Positions 1-12,399 of a stretch of DNA of 64,000 nucleotides are shown here, piece after piece. This stretch comes from Takakia lepidozioides (Eukaryota > Plantae > Bryophyta): the NCBI GenBank assembly GCA_030704615.1, contig CM060733.1:73346001-73410000 (forward strand), given 5' to 3'. The notes under the pieces are model-generated. The model made no database searches. It was not told the DNA's origin and saw nothing but the letters and a program-made list of their open reading frames with translations. The translations under genes and the position numbers were made by a program. Every line of letters begins with the position of its first letter. The first letter of the stretch is position 1.

Positions 1-76
1 CGTGCTGCAGCTAGCTCCTCGGACTCTTCCTGCGGCTCTTCGGATTCCTGCGATCCCTCCAGCACGTCCACCTTTC
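1..76 (-). CDS. Probable 5' portion of the large exon of the M1 accessory gene (rest outside window)
   Basis: Minus strand reads ...cctaacAG|GAAAG then KVDVLEGSQESEEPQEESEELAAA. This matches in position and in the EGSQ motif the start of the M2 accessory gene (MGAGEGSQGG). Confidence 0.4.
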
Positions 77-714
77 CTGTTAGGCATGCAAACATGTTCT
101 GCATTCAAGTCTCCCTAGCATTCAGTCTAAGAATTACAGAAGCAAAATGGGGGGTTCGGTGCTCGATCAGCTGCGCGCAGCCCGATCGCATGGAGCTCTC
201 ACTGGTGGCTGGGTTGCCTGAGTGGCCTGCTGCTCGGAGATGGCAATCTCCTCCTGTAGACGCATCTGCTTCCTCCCCTTCGGCATTGGCCTACGTCCGA
301 AGTATAATTTCCGGAGCTTGCGACGAGGTCTCCTGTCTGGTGCACGAACTCCCCCCTCTCAGGTTCGAGCATAAGAAGAACAGAGAGAGGGAAAAGGGGC
401 AAAGAGTGCAGATGGAAAGGGCGCGAGAGGGGGACTGAGGAGACACGACAAAAGTAGATGAAACGGCGGTGATGCACCACTTGGGTTCGAAAGGGTTGGA
501 CGAAAGTGTCTCCTCGTGGAGTTTGCGTCATTACGAAATTCGAATCGTTGAGGGTACGCCTGCCGTCCGAAAAACAAACATCATTATCCAACGGTCAGGC
601 CGCGCCGCCTCATGCCCCTTCAGTCAGATAGAGTGCCGACATGTGCAGCAATTCCGTTGCTCCACGTGTTCACATTTCAAGGTATTTCCGTCCCAGCGTC
701 TGATGAGTTGGAGC

Positions 715-2255
715 GAAAATGCGAATGCGGCGCCGCATTTCCGTTAAGTACCATCACGAAGCTACACATCCGTACTTGTTGGAAGAAAATGCGGCACCGC
801 ATTTCCGTTCCACCTTCACATACCTTAGTTGTTGAACGGAAATACGGTGCCGCATTTCCGTCCCACAGCTCCATGTATGAGATTCAAAGGGAAATGCGGC
901 GCCGCATTTCCGTTCCCACTTCACATACGTTAGTTGATGAATGGAAATGCCGTGCCACATTTCCGTTCGGGAAAGTATAGAGGTCTCACCTGGACAGAAA
1001 TGCGGTGCCGCATTTCCGGTCTGGAAAGTTTGAAGGTCTCACATGGATGGAAATGCGGCAACACATTTCCGTAGCACAGCTCCAGGCCCAATATACAAAA
1101 CGGAAATGCGGCGCCGCATTTCCGTTCGAGAATGTCGGAAGGTGCGACTCGACGGAAATGCGGTGCCGCATTTCTGTTCCCGTTGCGCACGATTTTCAGT
1201 CAGAATGGAAATGCGGTACCGCATTTCCGTTCTGTAGAGTATTAACGTCTGACGCTGGCGGAAATGCCTTCCCGCATTTTCGTTCCACAGCTCCATGCCT
1301 CACATACAAAACGGAAATGCGGCGCCGCATTTCCGTTTTGGAATGTCGGATGGTGGGACTCCGACGGAAATGCGGTACCGCATTTCAGTTCCGATGTTTC
1401 AGGATATTTCATCAGAACGGAAATGCGGTGCCGCATTTCCCTTTTGAATCTAATACATTCCGTTCTGGAATGTTGGGAGGTGCGACTCGGATGGAAATGC
1501 GTGCCGCATTTCAGTTCCGATGGTTCACGATTTTCAGTCAGAACGGAAATGCGGTACCGCATTTCCGTTCTGGAATGATGGTAGGTGCGACTCGGATGGA
1601 AATACGGTGCCGCATTTCAGTTCAGATGGTTCACGATTTTCAGTCAGAACGGAAATGCGGTGCCGCATTTCCGTTCTGGATAGTATGAATGTCTCAACGG
1701 TCGGAATTGCGCTGTATGAAGCTGTCGGAATCGCACTCGGCTCCATGCATCAGATACAAAATGGAAATGCGGCGCCGCATTTCCGTTCTGGAATGTCGAA
1801 AAGTGCGACTCGGACGGAAATGCGGTGCCGCATTTCTGTTCCCGTTGTTCATAATCTCAATCAGAACGGAAATACGCATTTCCGTTCTGGAGAGTATGAA
1901 TGTCTTTTAAGGACGGAAATGCTGCAGCATTTCTATCCCTCAGCTCCATGCATCAGATACAAAATGGAAATGCGGCGCCGCATTTCCGTTCTGAAATGTC
2001 GGAAAAGTGCGACTCGGACGGAAATGCGGTGCCGCATTTCTGTTCCCGTTGTTCATAAATCTCAATCAGAACGGAAATGCGGTACCGCATTTCCGTTCGA
2101 CCTTCACATACCGTGCTTGCTGGATGGAAATGCGTTACCGCATTTCCGTTCTGGAGAGTATAAAGGTTTCCCCGGACGGAAACTCGGTGCCGCATTTCCG
2201 TCGCTCTGGTGCATGACCAAGATGCAATACGGAAATGCGGCGCCGTATTTCCGTC
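715..2255. repeat. M1 palindrome array: about 28 units of CGGAAATGCGGCGCCGCATTTCCG at ~52-55 bp period with variable spacers
   Basis: Perfect 28-bp palindrome at 1099-1126 and perfect 34-bp palindrome at 1307-1340. Centre variants are GGCGCC, GGTGCC, GGCACC and GGTACC. Unit count is by eye. Confidence 0.95.
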
Positions 2256-2668
2256 CACCAGCAATCGAAAGAATCACTCGGGACGGGAAATCTGGAACCT
2301 CAATGGGTTGCATTGTTCCGAAACAACACAATTGCGGCCAGTCTTGATGAGCACAACTTGGTTGTCTGACCGTTTTAACCAGCAGTCCTGGCACTTGTCA
2401 GTGCGAACGTTCCTGTCTGCACCGAGAATACTGCTGGATCCACCCTCAGGAGAAACTGTCAGGAGATGTATTTTCGTCGCCGAATCGGCCATCATTGTCA
2501 TACTCACTGGCTATGGAATCAAACCTCCCACCTTCATGCATGTAGCTTGAAAAATACTTTCCACTTCAATGTGCGACTTCCAATCGTCGATGGACTCCGC
2601 AGATCCACTTAGATGGTGCCTGTGAGCCTTGGTCTGTCGCTATACTGAACCTCGCACTTGCCAACTCC

Positions 2669-5600
2669 GTGCGGTGTTCGATGGCTCCGAATTCCTACGC
2701 TATAGTTTGCTGTCCTCCGCAACTTGGGAGAGCCTGGATCCCAAACGAGGGAGGACTTTGCAGAGTGACTGAAACTTACCTTTGTTCCAAATTCAAGCTC
2801 AAACCGGGCACAGTTTATTTGGAAGAAGAAAGGAAGGATGTTCCTGGACAGGTTGACGAGACCATTGTCGTGCTAGGTAACGACGGAGGTTGCGGAATCG
2901 AATGGCACGTTCCCCCGTCAGACACCATCCTGTACCGAGCTGTGGGAATGCCCATTCCCTTTCCGAATCAGTCGCTGCCCACACCATCCACAAAGGAGTC
3001 CGGAAACCGAGAGGCGGCCACTGCCAACAGAGAGGTATGCAACGATAATCATTCCCGACCTGGACCGTCAAGACCCTCCATAGCTTCTCGTGTGGACGTA
3101 TTCGACATTTCCGACGAGGAAGATGATTGCATTGAGGTACCCATGTCCTCCACACGGTCGTTCAATCCGGCATGGACGTCTCTGTAGGTGCTACGCATGT
3201 GCCCTCGAGCATAACTCCAACCCGGTCCATTGTGCAGCTCCTACGAACAACATCACCTCGATGGTTCTCGCTCCGAGCTGGCTGCTCTCGACTATGCCAA
3301 ATTCCCAGTCAGAAAGGTAACTTTTCTGCTCCCGAAGTCGATGGCAATGTCATTCTTCGAGTTTCGCCACCTTGTCAAAGAAAGCCTCCGGGATGTTAAC
3401 AGACATGGATCGAAAGCATGACGGACACCCCTGGTGTGTGACGAAGACCAGTAGCACGAAAATTGCTGATGGTGTTCGTGTACGATATGTCCTCTGTGCG
3501 GGGAAGCTGAGGTGCCTCAATCCCACCTGCTTCCACTTTCTCTCCAAAGGAGGGCGGAGAAACGACGGATTGGACTGGCACAACGCATCATCCATTCATT
3601 GTCTCCAGCCAAGCTCCTGCGGGTTCTTTCAAGTGTGCACATTGCAAAGAACCACCGACGTGCATGTCCATGTGCAGAGCCAAGCAATATTACGTAATCC
3701 ATTTGCTCCCGACTTGACTAGAGCTTGCATACACGTTGGGGTCCACTGCCACCCCCCTTGGCGAGAGGCAACATGCGTGAGGCTGTGCAGGAAGCACACG
3801 ACATCATAAAAGAGGAGGTGAAATTGAGCCCCGGAGCCAGACCAAAGCAGATTCAGCTGAAGGCAGCCCACAAGATTGCTCTTGGCAAAATCATGTCTGA
3901 AGATGGTTCCGACCGAGAGCCCTTGACCGAAGACGAGATGCGTGACCTCTTGGAGTCCGTCTCGCACGTTTGTAGTCCGAATGTGCGGAATCACATCGTA
4001 TCTTGCAAGCAGGAGTTCGGCAGGGGGTCGGACATGTACTCAATCCTGGAGGTGAAACGAATGACTGGATATGACTACATCCAAGGTAGCAGGTTTCCAG
4101 GGCAAGGCAGCGAATCCGATCGTTGTTACATTTTCAAAATGTCGACGTGTGGGCCTGGGAGTGGAGTCGACTTGGTCACTCGCATGACAACTGGAAACTT
4201 GTCGAATGCTTGGGTGATGTTTGATCACATCAAGCGAATTACAAACCATCAGTGGGTGACTATGGGTGCGCATGTTTATGACTATCACTCCAAGAGGCTC
4301 ATGACGATTGCAATCTGCGAGATGAAAGGGGAGGACACACAGTCCGAGATGCATCTGTGGGAGGGCATAAACGAGCAGATGGCAAGGGCGGGATTGCCAG
4401 AGCCCAATTTCAGGGGATTCATGGCAGACAACGCTCAGGCCAACTGGGCAGCGGTGCGGCGTGTGTACGGTGAGGACCCCAATGTTCCAATGGAGGGGAA
4501 AGAGAGATCCTGTGGATTCCATTGGATGCAGAGTCTATCCCACTACACTACCAAATTTGTTGCTAGCTCATTCCAGGCTGAACACCGTGTCCTTTGTACG
4601 GCGTGGAAGGATGCACCCACATTTGATGACGCGGAGGTTAAGTTTGCTATCATCGAGGCTTGGTGGAACACGTCAGGTGCAGTGGAGACAACCAATCTGG
4701 GAGCATTGCACAGCTGGTTGGGGTGGTGGCATTTTCGGTATCGACAGTTCGGACAGTACATGCGGGAGGTAGGCTGCTGTCAATTTCGTTCATTTGTCTT
4801 TCTGTTACGGACATTTCGATTGGTCCCTCACCATTGTTTGTGTCCTTCTAGGAGCGGTGCTTGGATTCCGACACGGACATGCCGAACACGAATATGGCAG
4901 AATCGGTCCACTCCTCCTGGCGAGCGTCTTCTGCCGCACATCTGGTGGACGTAGTGACGGCCACAACGGAGGACATCGACAGAGCAATCATGCAGCAAGC
5001 CACGTACTACAAGTTCCTGAGCGGCAAACAATGGGGCTTTGGGCCGGACAGGGAGGAATTGTTGGTACGAACAGCTTCGAGGTCCAAGAATCCAGTGAAA
5101 TGGGCGACAGCATTGCGAGAGAAGATCAAAGGGACGCCTCTGCACCGCAGAGGTGAACACCTAGAGGGGGACGTCCGGACTCGCCCTGTCAGGCGGAGGA
5201 TTGAAGAGGAACCCGGTGCGAAGAGGATTCCTGGAGATCCGACAGGAACATTCGGACAGCACCTCGAGGTCCCGTCATGTTGCCGCACAATGTGTCTTCC
5301 AGCAGTGGAAGCCCAAGAAATTCCAGATCGCCGTCGCCTTCAACCGGGGATTTCGTGCAACAAATTCCCACCGCTCCCTTGCCCCACATTCCGCCCGCTG
5401 TTATGCAGTATGGCCAAGCCATTGTGGAGACGACTGTGTCTGCCTCACAGTGGAGAATTGCTCGCACAAAGCCGTCGTTTCGAGGAAGGTGTTCCGCAAT
5501 TCGTGTGGATACACGGCAACGTTGTTTAGAGATGATAAGGAGGAATCCAGATGGGGCTGTCCCTGCTCCTACTTTTACAGGAAGATTTGTCCATGCAAAG

Positions 5601-6275
5601 TTTGCGGAGCGACAACCACCCAGTTCTGGTTCTGCAGGCACGACATTATGACTTGCGTGTATGGAAAGCCCAAGTACGGCATACAAACAATGCCAGAGGC
5701 TCCCCCGGTGTGGCCGGTGGAACCAGGCTGCGATCTGAGTCAGGTTGAGGCCGACGCCCTTACCGCCGCAGGATTTCGGATGGTGCAGCGCACTGACGTC
5801 CCCAGACAACCATTTCCGCTTCCACAGCCTCCACCACCGACCCCTGTGAGAGCAAGAACAATGGGACACGACAGCTCTAAGCCTCACACACTTGGGGGAA
5901 ACCGAAGAGGCGGCGACCTCCCTCAAAAGTGAACGAGACAAGGATGGGGAATGCACTTCGGATGAACTGTACAATCCAGAGCTCGACAGAAGTGCCCCCA
6001 CCAGGATTCGGGCGTGTGTATCAATGGCCACGGCGGGCTCAGCTGTTCGCAATGAGGTGTACACCATCACCATTTCAGAATTACCCACCTGCAATTGCAC
6101 CGACTTCCAGATCATGGCGAACAAGGGGGCATCATACTGCCCTTGCAAGCATTTGTACTACGTGTACCTAAAGAGACTCCGTTGTAATTCCACAACTCAT
6201 CACTTCATACATGCACCAGGGTTGAGCCCCCAGGAGGTTCACACTCTTCTGAATATGGATCCAGGGGACCAGTGA
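2669..6275 (+). pseudogene. MULE transposase of M1 (GCM/WRKY-like Zn domain, MULE DDE domain, C-terminal SWIM finger), frameshifted
   Basis: Motifs across ORF pieces: KHDGHPWCVTKT..YVLCAGKLRC..IHVGVHCHP; WVMFDH; FRGFMADNAQANWAAVRRVY; CGFH; TNMAESVH; SWIM CNCTDF...CPCKH. GT-AG intron at 4769-4851. Several single-base frameshifts. Confidence 0.85.
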
Positions 6276-6826
6276 GCTTGGCTTGCGGTCCACATACAAT
6301 GGTACGCCCATCCTTTTCGGATAGTAGAACTGTACTGCTGCCAGTACCTCAGACTCTGGCCACAGAAAGGTCCGACATATGTCTTGCCTACCAGTAACCT
6401 GTTTTGCTCGAACTAATATTACTATATCGTTCACTTGTTTCCACGTGCATGTATTTTTGTATGTTGGAGGGTTCATGTTTTTCTGCTTTCCGAAAACTTG
6501 CTTTCCTCATTCGACCTCCGACAAGGAAATGCGGCGCCGAATTTCCAAGTATCGTCGTAGGTACCCCCAGAGGCGGCCTTCGCCAACACCAAACCGCTCC
6601 GAAATTTCGCACGTGCGAACCCTAATGCGGCACCCTATTTCCCAGTTCAGTTGCAAACCTTTCCCGCCGAATACCCGAAGAAGACAGAATTGTGAAGTAC
6701 TGCAGACTGTATTGGTGCAGACTCCATTGGTTCAATCGCGGCAAAAGGGTCAGCTTCATTCCAATGTTAAGGCATGTAAAACCGCGGAATACTCTATACA
6801 GGCCAGTATGCGACGTCCTTTTGCAG

Positions 6827-6890
6827 GAGGTTTACTATTTCATGAGCGCATGAGCCCATGAGCCTATGAGCCTATGAGCTCATGAGCGGA
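6827..6890 (+). repeat. M2 left TIR with tandem (C/T)ATGAGC subterminal motifs
   Basis: catgagcgcatgagcccatgagcctatgagcctatgagctcatgagcgg; mirrored by GCTCATG repeats at 20451-20510. Confidence 0.9.
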
Positions 6891-7510
6891 CATCCGCGGA
6901 ATTGGAATTTTCCTGCCTTTATTGACGGTGTTATGTCCTCTTACCTCGGTAATAGGGTCTGTTTCTCCTGGTCCAGGATGCGGAATGAGGAATTTCGGCG
7001 CCGTTATTCCCAAGAGCAGTGTGCTAAAATGGTGTTTTGAAGACATCCACCGGGGTATTTCGGCACCGAAATTACCTCTTAAAATGTGATATAGTGCGGT
7101 ATTTAATGGCGCAGAACGGGCAATTTCGGCGCCGAAATACCCAAGTGGAATGTGGTGAAGTGCCTTGTGCTGAAGGCTTCCATCGCAATATTTTGGTGCA
7201 GTAGTGGAATTTTTGAGGCCCATATAACGAAGGCGCAAACTGGGCTATTTCGGCGCCAAATTTCCCAATAGGAATGTTAGAAACGGCAGGGTTTTCATGG
7301 CTTCAAGTTCCCGGGTCGATGGTGTGCATAAATTACTTGTAGGGTTCTTCACTGAAGTTTGCGTCTCTTCTGCTTTTATTATAGATTTTGGTTGGCGGAA
7401 GAAATGTAGGGAATGGACAAGCAGTCTGAACACAATGATTTTTCAAATCGTCAATATATTCATTAAGTGTTTTCAGAACTGTACAACAAAAGGATCCAAA
7501 TGAGACTTTG

Positions 7511-10500
7511 CTATGGTGAGGATCCGCTATCACTGTCCGATGCATCCCCGCCCTCATGCAAGGATGGCTGCCTTCCACCTGCCTCCGAACCTGCAGCCGC
7601 TACCGCTGTTACTCTGAGAAGCCCTCCCCTCAAAAATACCATCCTCACCAGCCGGAACTGTCCACTGGGTGCGGAAGTGTCCTCGACATTCCCCTCGCTC
7701 TCGGACGCGGATTCTATTACGAACTTCCCTACTCTGCCTTTCACAATTCTATGTTTGGCCTCACGCCTCATTATAATTCTCTGCTCATTCCCGTATGTCA
7801 ATTGCTCTAACCGAGTAGGCCTATCCTCCCTCCTGATGGCTTCTTTGGCAGCCGTGTCTGCATAGGCTGGTAGAAAAAAGGGCTTCTGGGGACTCGCGAG
7901 AAACGATTTTCTGGCAAAGAATGGCCGATGCGATTCTGTCTCCTCCTCTGCAACAGGGTCCGATTCGAGCAAGTCTCCCAGCTTCTCCTCGTCGGACGAC
8001 TCTGCAAGGCTGAGTGTACGCACAAACATAGAATGAAGTACATTAGAGAATTCAAACAGGGAATCATCGGCAGGTTGCATGGTCCCTACAACCGAAACCA
8101 ATACACTTACTATGGTGCAACTCACTCGAAGACAGGCATTGGGGGAAGCGGCTTCGGGCGCCCCTGCATCGAACGAATTTCCCGGACTTCCTCCTCTTCA
8201 TCTTCCTCCTCTCCTTCCACGTCCTCTTCTGCGTTTTTGGGATCCTCAGTCGAGGCAGACGCTGAAGGCCCGCCAAATTGTAATCGTACAAGGCCGTATC
8301 CCCCTCAAATGAGAACACAAATCGGTTCGACATCCTTCCCGCCCACATACAGGCACCTGCGAATTCATACGACAACCACAGCCAAACTCAAGAATGAGTC
8401 GCTTCCTCGCACAAGCAAACATACAGAAACGGAAATGGTGTCAATTTCGGTGCCGCATTCAATTAACGTTCTCACCTGTATTTGCAGTGACGTCAAGGAC
8501 CCTGCCTTCAACATCCGTACACGTTTCCATGAGCGTCTGGATGAATGCAGGACTCCTGGTCCTGCCATACCTCCATGGCTTGCCCGACAAATCACAAAGA
8601 ATGTCCTTCTCTCCCACATGGTTGAACAGGACGTTATACTCCAGTGGATCAACTGTGGAATCAACAAGTCTTCCTGCTTCACGTAATTTGAATTTCGAAT
8701 GTTCCTTCACGAAGCAAAATGCCTGAAAGATAAGAGTCTGCAGAGAAGGAAATGAAAACGTCAGAGGTGGCCTACATGTACAGGGGCAATTTCGGCCAGA
8801 AATTGACATAGCAGAGGAGAACCACAGCATACCTTCTGGCCATCGTTGAGAAGACCCTGCGTGTTGATGCAAGTCCAGATCTTTTTCAGGATGGGTGCTG
8901 CACTTCTCCCCGTCCATACTTTGATATCATTCTCAGTGACTTCTCCATCGGCTGCACACAACAACACAGCCAACGTCGTCCAACATGTTGGCTGCGAACC
9001 CGAATGTGTGGCTCCAGTATCGTTCGTCGTACTTGTTCCACCAGGGAACTGAGCCCAGCCCCAGTATCTCCTGCCCATCCGGGATATCCACAAGGATCAT
9101 GTCGATGGAGGCTTTCACCGCCCTGCCCCCGACTGTGCTCTTTTTGCCGTGGCTCATCGCCACAAAATACTCCATCATCTTTGTGTAGCCAGGAGTGTCC
9201 TCCATATCATTGCCAGTGGCCTTCCTCTTCCCCTTCCCCTGGTGGGCCTCGATCGCCTTCCTCAAACTCGTTATCTCCAGCCTTCTGGTCAGAGCAGTTA
9301 GGAAATTTTCATTAACACACTCCACAATTGTGGGTGTTTTGAGGACTTCCCTGCCCGCAATCTGCACCGCACGGTAGGGTCTGCCAGGTGCATCCTCGTA
9401 TAGTGATCTCTTCGCAGCCGACCCCCCGGAGCGCTGGCCCTTGTGAATTTTCGGACGAGGTGTGGCCCCCTGGGTGTTTTCCTGCTGGAAATCGTCGTCG
9501 AATCCTCCTCATCTGGCTGACTGTGTTTGCTGCTTCTTCTTCTTGGGTGTGGGGGTCTTCGTCTCTTGCCCCTGTTTGCGCGTTCTTTTCTTCCTGTCCT
9601 TGGGCTGCTCAGCTGCCTGCTTCTCCATCTGCTCCTTCGCCAACGCTGCCGCCTTGGCTGACTTTCTCAGTGCTTTCTGCTTGGCTGCCTCCTCTGCTTT
9701 CAGTCTTTCCGCGTCCTCTGGTTGGGGATCCGATTGCGCCTTCATAGCCCTGGCATTCGCTTCCTTCTTCAAGTTAACCTCCGAGAGGTCAACGGTCCCA
9801 CTTGGGAGATCCACATACCAGGGGCAGTTTAGCTCGGCATGCCACTCCTTCGCCATTACTTCTGTGTACATCGTTCCACGACCTCCAGGTGTCCTCCACG
9901 CCAGGAAGAATGGTGGAACCCTTTGAATGGCTCCGGACGGAATGAGTGCAAAGTTTATGTACCTGCAATCACGAGGCAGTTCAACAAAAATCATTCTACC
10001 GATGCATCATGCAAGTGGAAGTTGTCAATGCACAAGGTATTTCGGCACCGAAATACGGAGTGGACCGTGCCCCAATTACCCAGAACTCACATCTTGCAGA
10101 GGTATATTTCGGCGCCGCAATATCCATCGCTGCTTAACCAAATCATCTAAACTGCAAATAGGGGATGCATTGTCAGCAGATTACCTGAACAGGACACGCA
10201 TTGCCGCTTTGTCGGCACCCTCCTGCTCTTCGATGTATACGCTGCGTCTTGCCTTTGCAATTTCTCTGAAAAAGAGGTTTGCGAAGCGCCCTCGCCACGA
10301 CTGCACGTAGTTCTCCATTGTCTCAGGCTTCGTCCAGTCGATCTGTAACTTGAAAGTGGTGGTGTTGCAGTCCAATTGCTCCTGGGCGTGGGTCAGTACC
10401 TGCATCATGGCAGGTTTCCAAAACATTCATGATTTTGAAATTGCGACGATGTCCAACACAGAATAGGAGAAAATTATACCTGATGCCACCATCATGACAT

Positions 10501-12399
10501 TGAGCCAGTCGTTCATTTTGTCGTCTGTTGGCTCGATGGGAAAGTGGTACAGCAGCTTCGTGTTTGTATGGCCGTTCCAGATTCGCAGCCACCTCGTCTG
10601 CAGCCACCTCACATCGGTCAGACAAGAGCTCCAACATAAGAATCGCGAGAAGTCACAAAAAAAATAAACACATGCTTACCTTCTCCGCCGGCTCAACACA
10701 GGACACTGCGATGTGATGAAGTTTCTCCATGGACATTTCCGGTTTCATGGGTCTGGAGTAATGCAGTCCTATCTCCGCCAGGAACTCGGCACCAAGACCA
10801 GGGTCAGCGATTGCAACTTGCTTAACAAGTTTGGACCTGTACTTGGTCCGGGATTGCTTCCCTGCCTGCACAATATGACTCTCTATCGACGCGTCCGCCT
10901 TGTTGGGGGCATCATTCTCAAAGAACTGCCTTTTGGCATAGGCCAAGTCATCCCTGATTTCGTCTGCATTCCCATACCCAGCAGATACAGTCAGGCCACG
11001 GATCCCTGCAACAAATAACATTAAATTGATACTGAAATTTGAGATGAACCTCACCGAATAGAGGATCTCCACCATGGCGTCCAGTGTTGGTCGGTACCAG
11101 GTGCGATCTGCTTTCGCTAGGGACTTCCTGTACAGCTCGGGATCGAGGGACTTTTGGAAGTCCGTCAGCGGAGCTGTCCCCACTTCTTGCACTCTGTAGA
11201 GCGTATGTGCCAGATGAGTTTCCACGAAGGCCCTCTCTGTTACCCTGCCATGGAGAAAAAACAACATGAAAATATGATTTCGGCACAGCAATCCAATTTC
11301 CAGTTCATAGAGTGCATGACAGTGGTGAACATTGCCTATTTCGGCGCCGCAATAGGCAGTACACAAGGATGTAATTGTATACTTACAGATTTATATCCGC
11401 CATGGCACCCTTCAACAGTCCTCTGTCCCTGACGTCCACCTTCACGACAATGCAGTCCACCATGTAATGCCAACTGATATCTTGCGGATGCATTTCAGCA
11501 ATGTACTCTGTCCAGGCAAGCATCCTGTGGTTCCCGTCCCAAACGAAGAACATCTTCCCTTCCATGTGTGCGAATGTGGGATTAGTCTTCAGATAGGCTT
11601 CAAACTCGGCATTAACAGTGTGCCAGTGGGGGCCCCAATTCTGAAGCTCCTCTGCAGTGGGGCCCCTTGTGACACCCTGGTCATTCTCAATGGAAACGTA
11701 GAATGCTGCCGACCCCCGTCTGTACCCTTCTCTGAAGTTGTGCTTCAGTCGATCGATATCCCCTGGCAGTGCTTGCCTTACAACTGGAAGGCTTACCATG
11801 CGACACAAAGGAACTTTAAGGTTCTCGGGATACACCATGGAGCCCAAAACGCGGCCTATGTTGCTATGAGTCTCTGCCAGCAACCTGTTTGCTGCTATGT
11901 TCATGTCTCGTGCGCTCATGAGCATACCCGCCACCAGTTTCTTACTTGTATCACCTCTGTCACTTCCCTCACCCCTCTCACCAGCCTGTGTACTGTCCTG
12001 GAGGTTTTGCTCCTCCGCAAGCTCCAGCAGGTTCTGATCGTCGCCAAGTCGTACCACGTTATCGTCCTCTCCTTCTGTCAGTTGAATGGGCCGCCCTTCT
12101 GCAGATCCGACTCCCACATCTCCAGCGGCCTCCACCGCATCTGTGTTTTCTGAAATTGACTGCAAACCCAATATCTCCGCTTCCAGTCTCCCTAGGGGTT
12201 TTACTGGCGAAGCCATGGGCTCCTTCTGCTTTCTCGGCTTCCGAACTCTAGGTGGGCTTTTCGGAGGCGATATCTGAGGTGTTGAATGAGGACTCGTCTG
12301 CCTCGATGCACTTCCACCTTGTGAGCGCAGCACCCGGGCAGGAGTATCCAAAGTTGACTGTGTTGCCTCGCCCCCCTGCGATCCCTCCCCAGCTCCCAT
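7511..12399 (-). CDS. M2 accessory multi-exon gene: ParB/Srx-like domain plus beta-class N4/N6 DNA-methyltransferase-like domain (predicted single spliced gene)
   Basis: Successive minus-strand ORFs joined by GT-AG introns (e.g. 11245-11386, 9963-10184, 8357-8475). ParB-like FFVWDGNHRMLAW (DGNHR 11524-11538). Motif IV-like IDMILVDIPDG (9074-9088). RSPAFIQTLMETCTDVEGRVLDVTANTG|TCMWAGRMSNRFVFSFEGD (8300-8560). Collinear homologues occur in M3 and M4. Confidence 0.75.

Noticed and set aside
715-2255. CRISPR-like repeat-spacer appearance
   Set aside because: Spacers recur in higher-order duplications, repeats are full palindromes with variable centres, no cas genes are present, and the context is an intron-containing eukaryotic transposon.
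612-2394. Many ORFs with repeated MRRRIS / KCGAAFP / GNAAPHF peptides (similar ones at 13061-14626 and 47316-48915)
   Set aside because: These are translations of the palindrome arrays appearing in all frames on both strands; no sign of coding function.
7928-12153. Plus-strand ORFs opposite the accessory gene (e.g. 7928-8686, 11467-12153)
   Set aside because: Antisense shadows of GC-rich coding exons, with no motifs.
7511-12399. Bacterial or phage contaminant, or a restriction-modification locus
   Set aside because: The gene is split by GT-AG introns conserved between copies and lies within TIR/TSD-bounded elements nested in LTR retrotransposons; no nuclease partner was seen.
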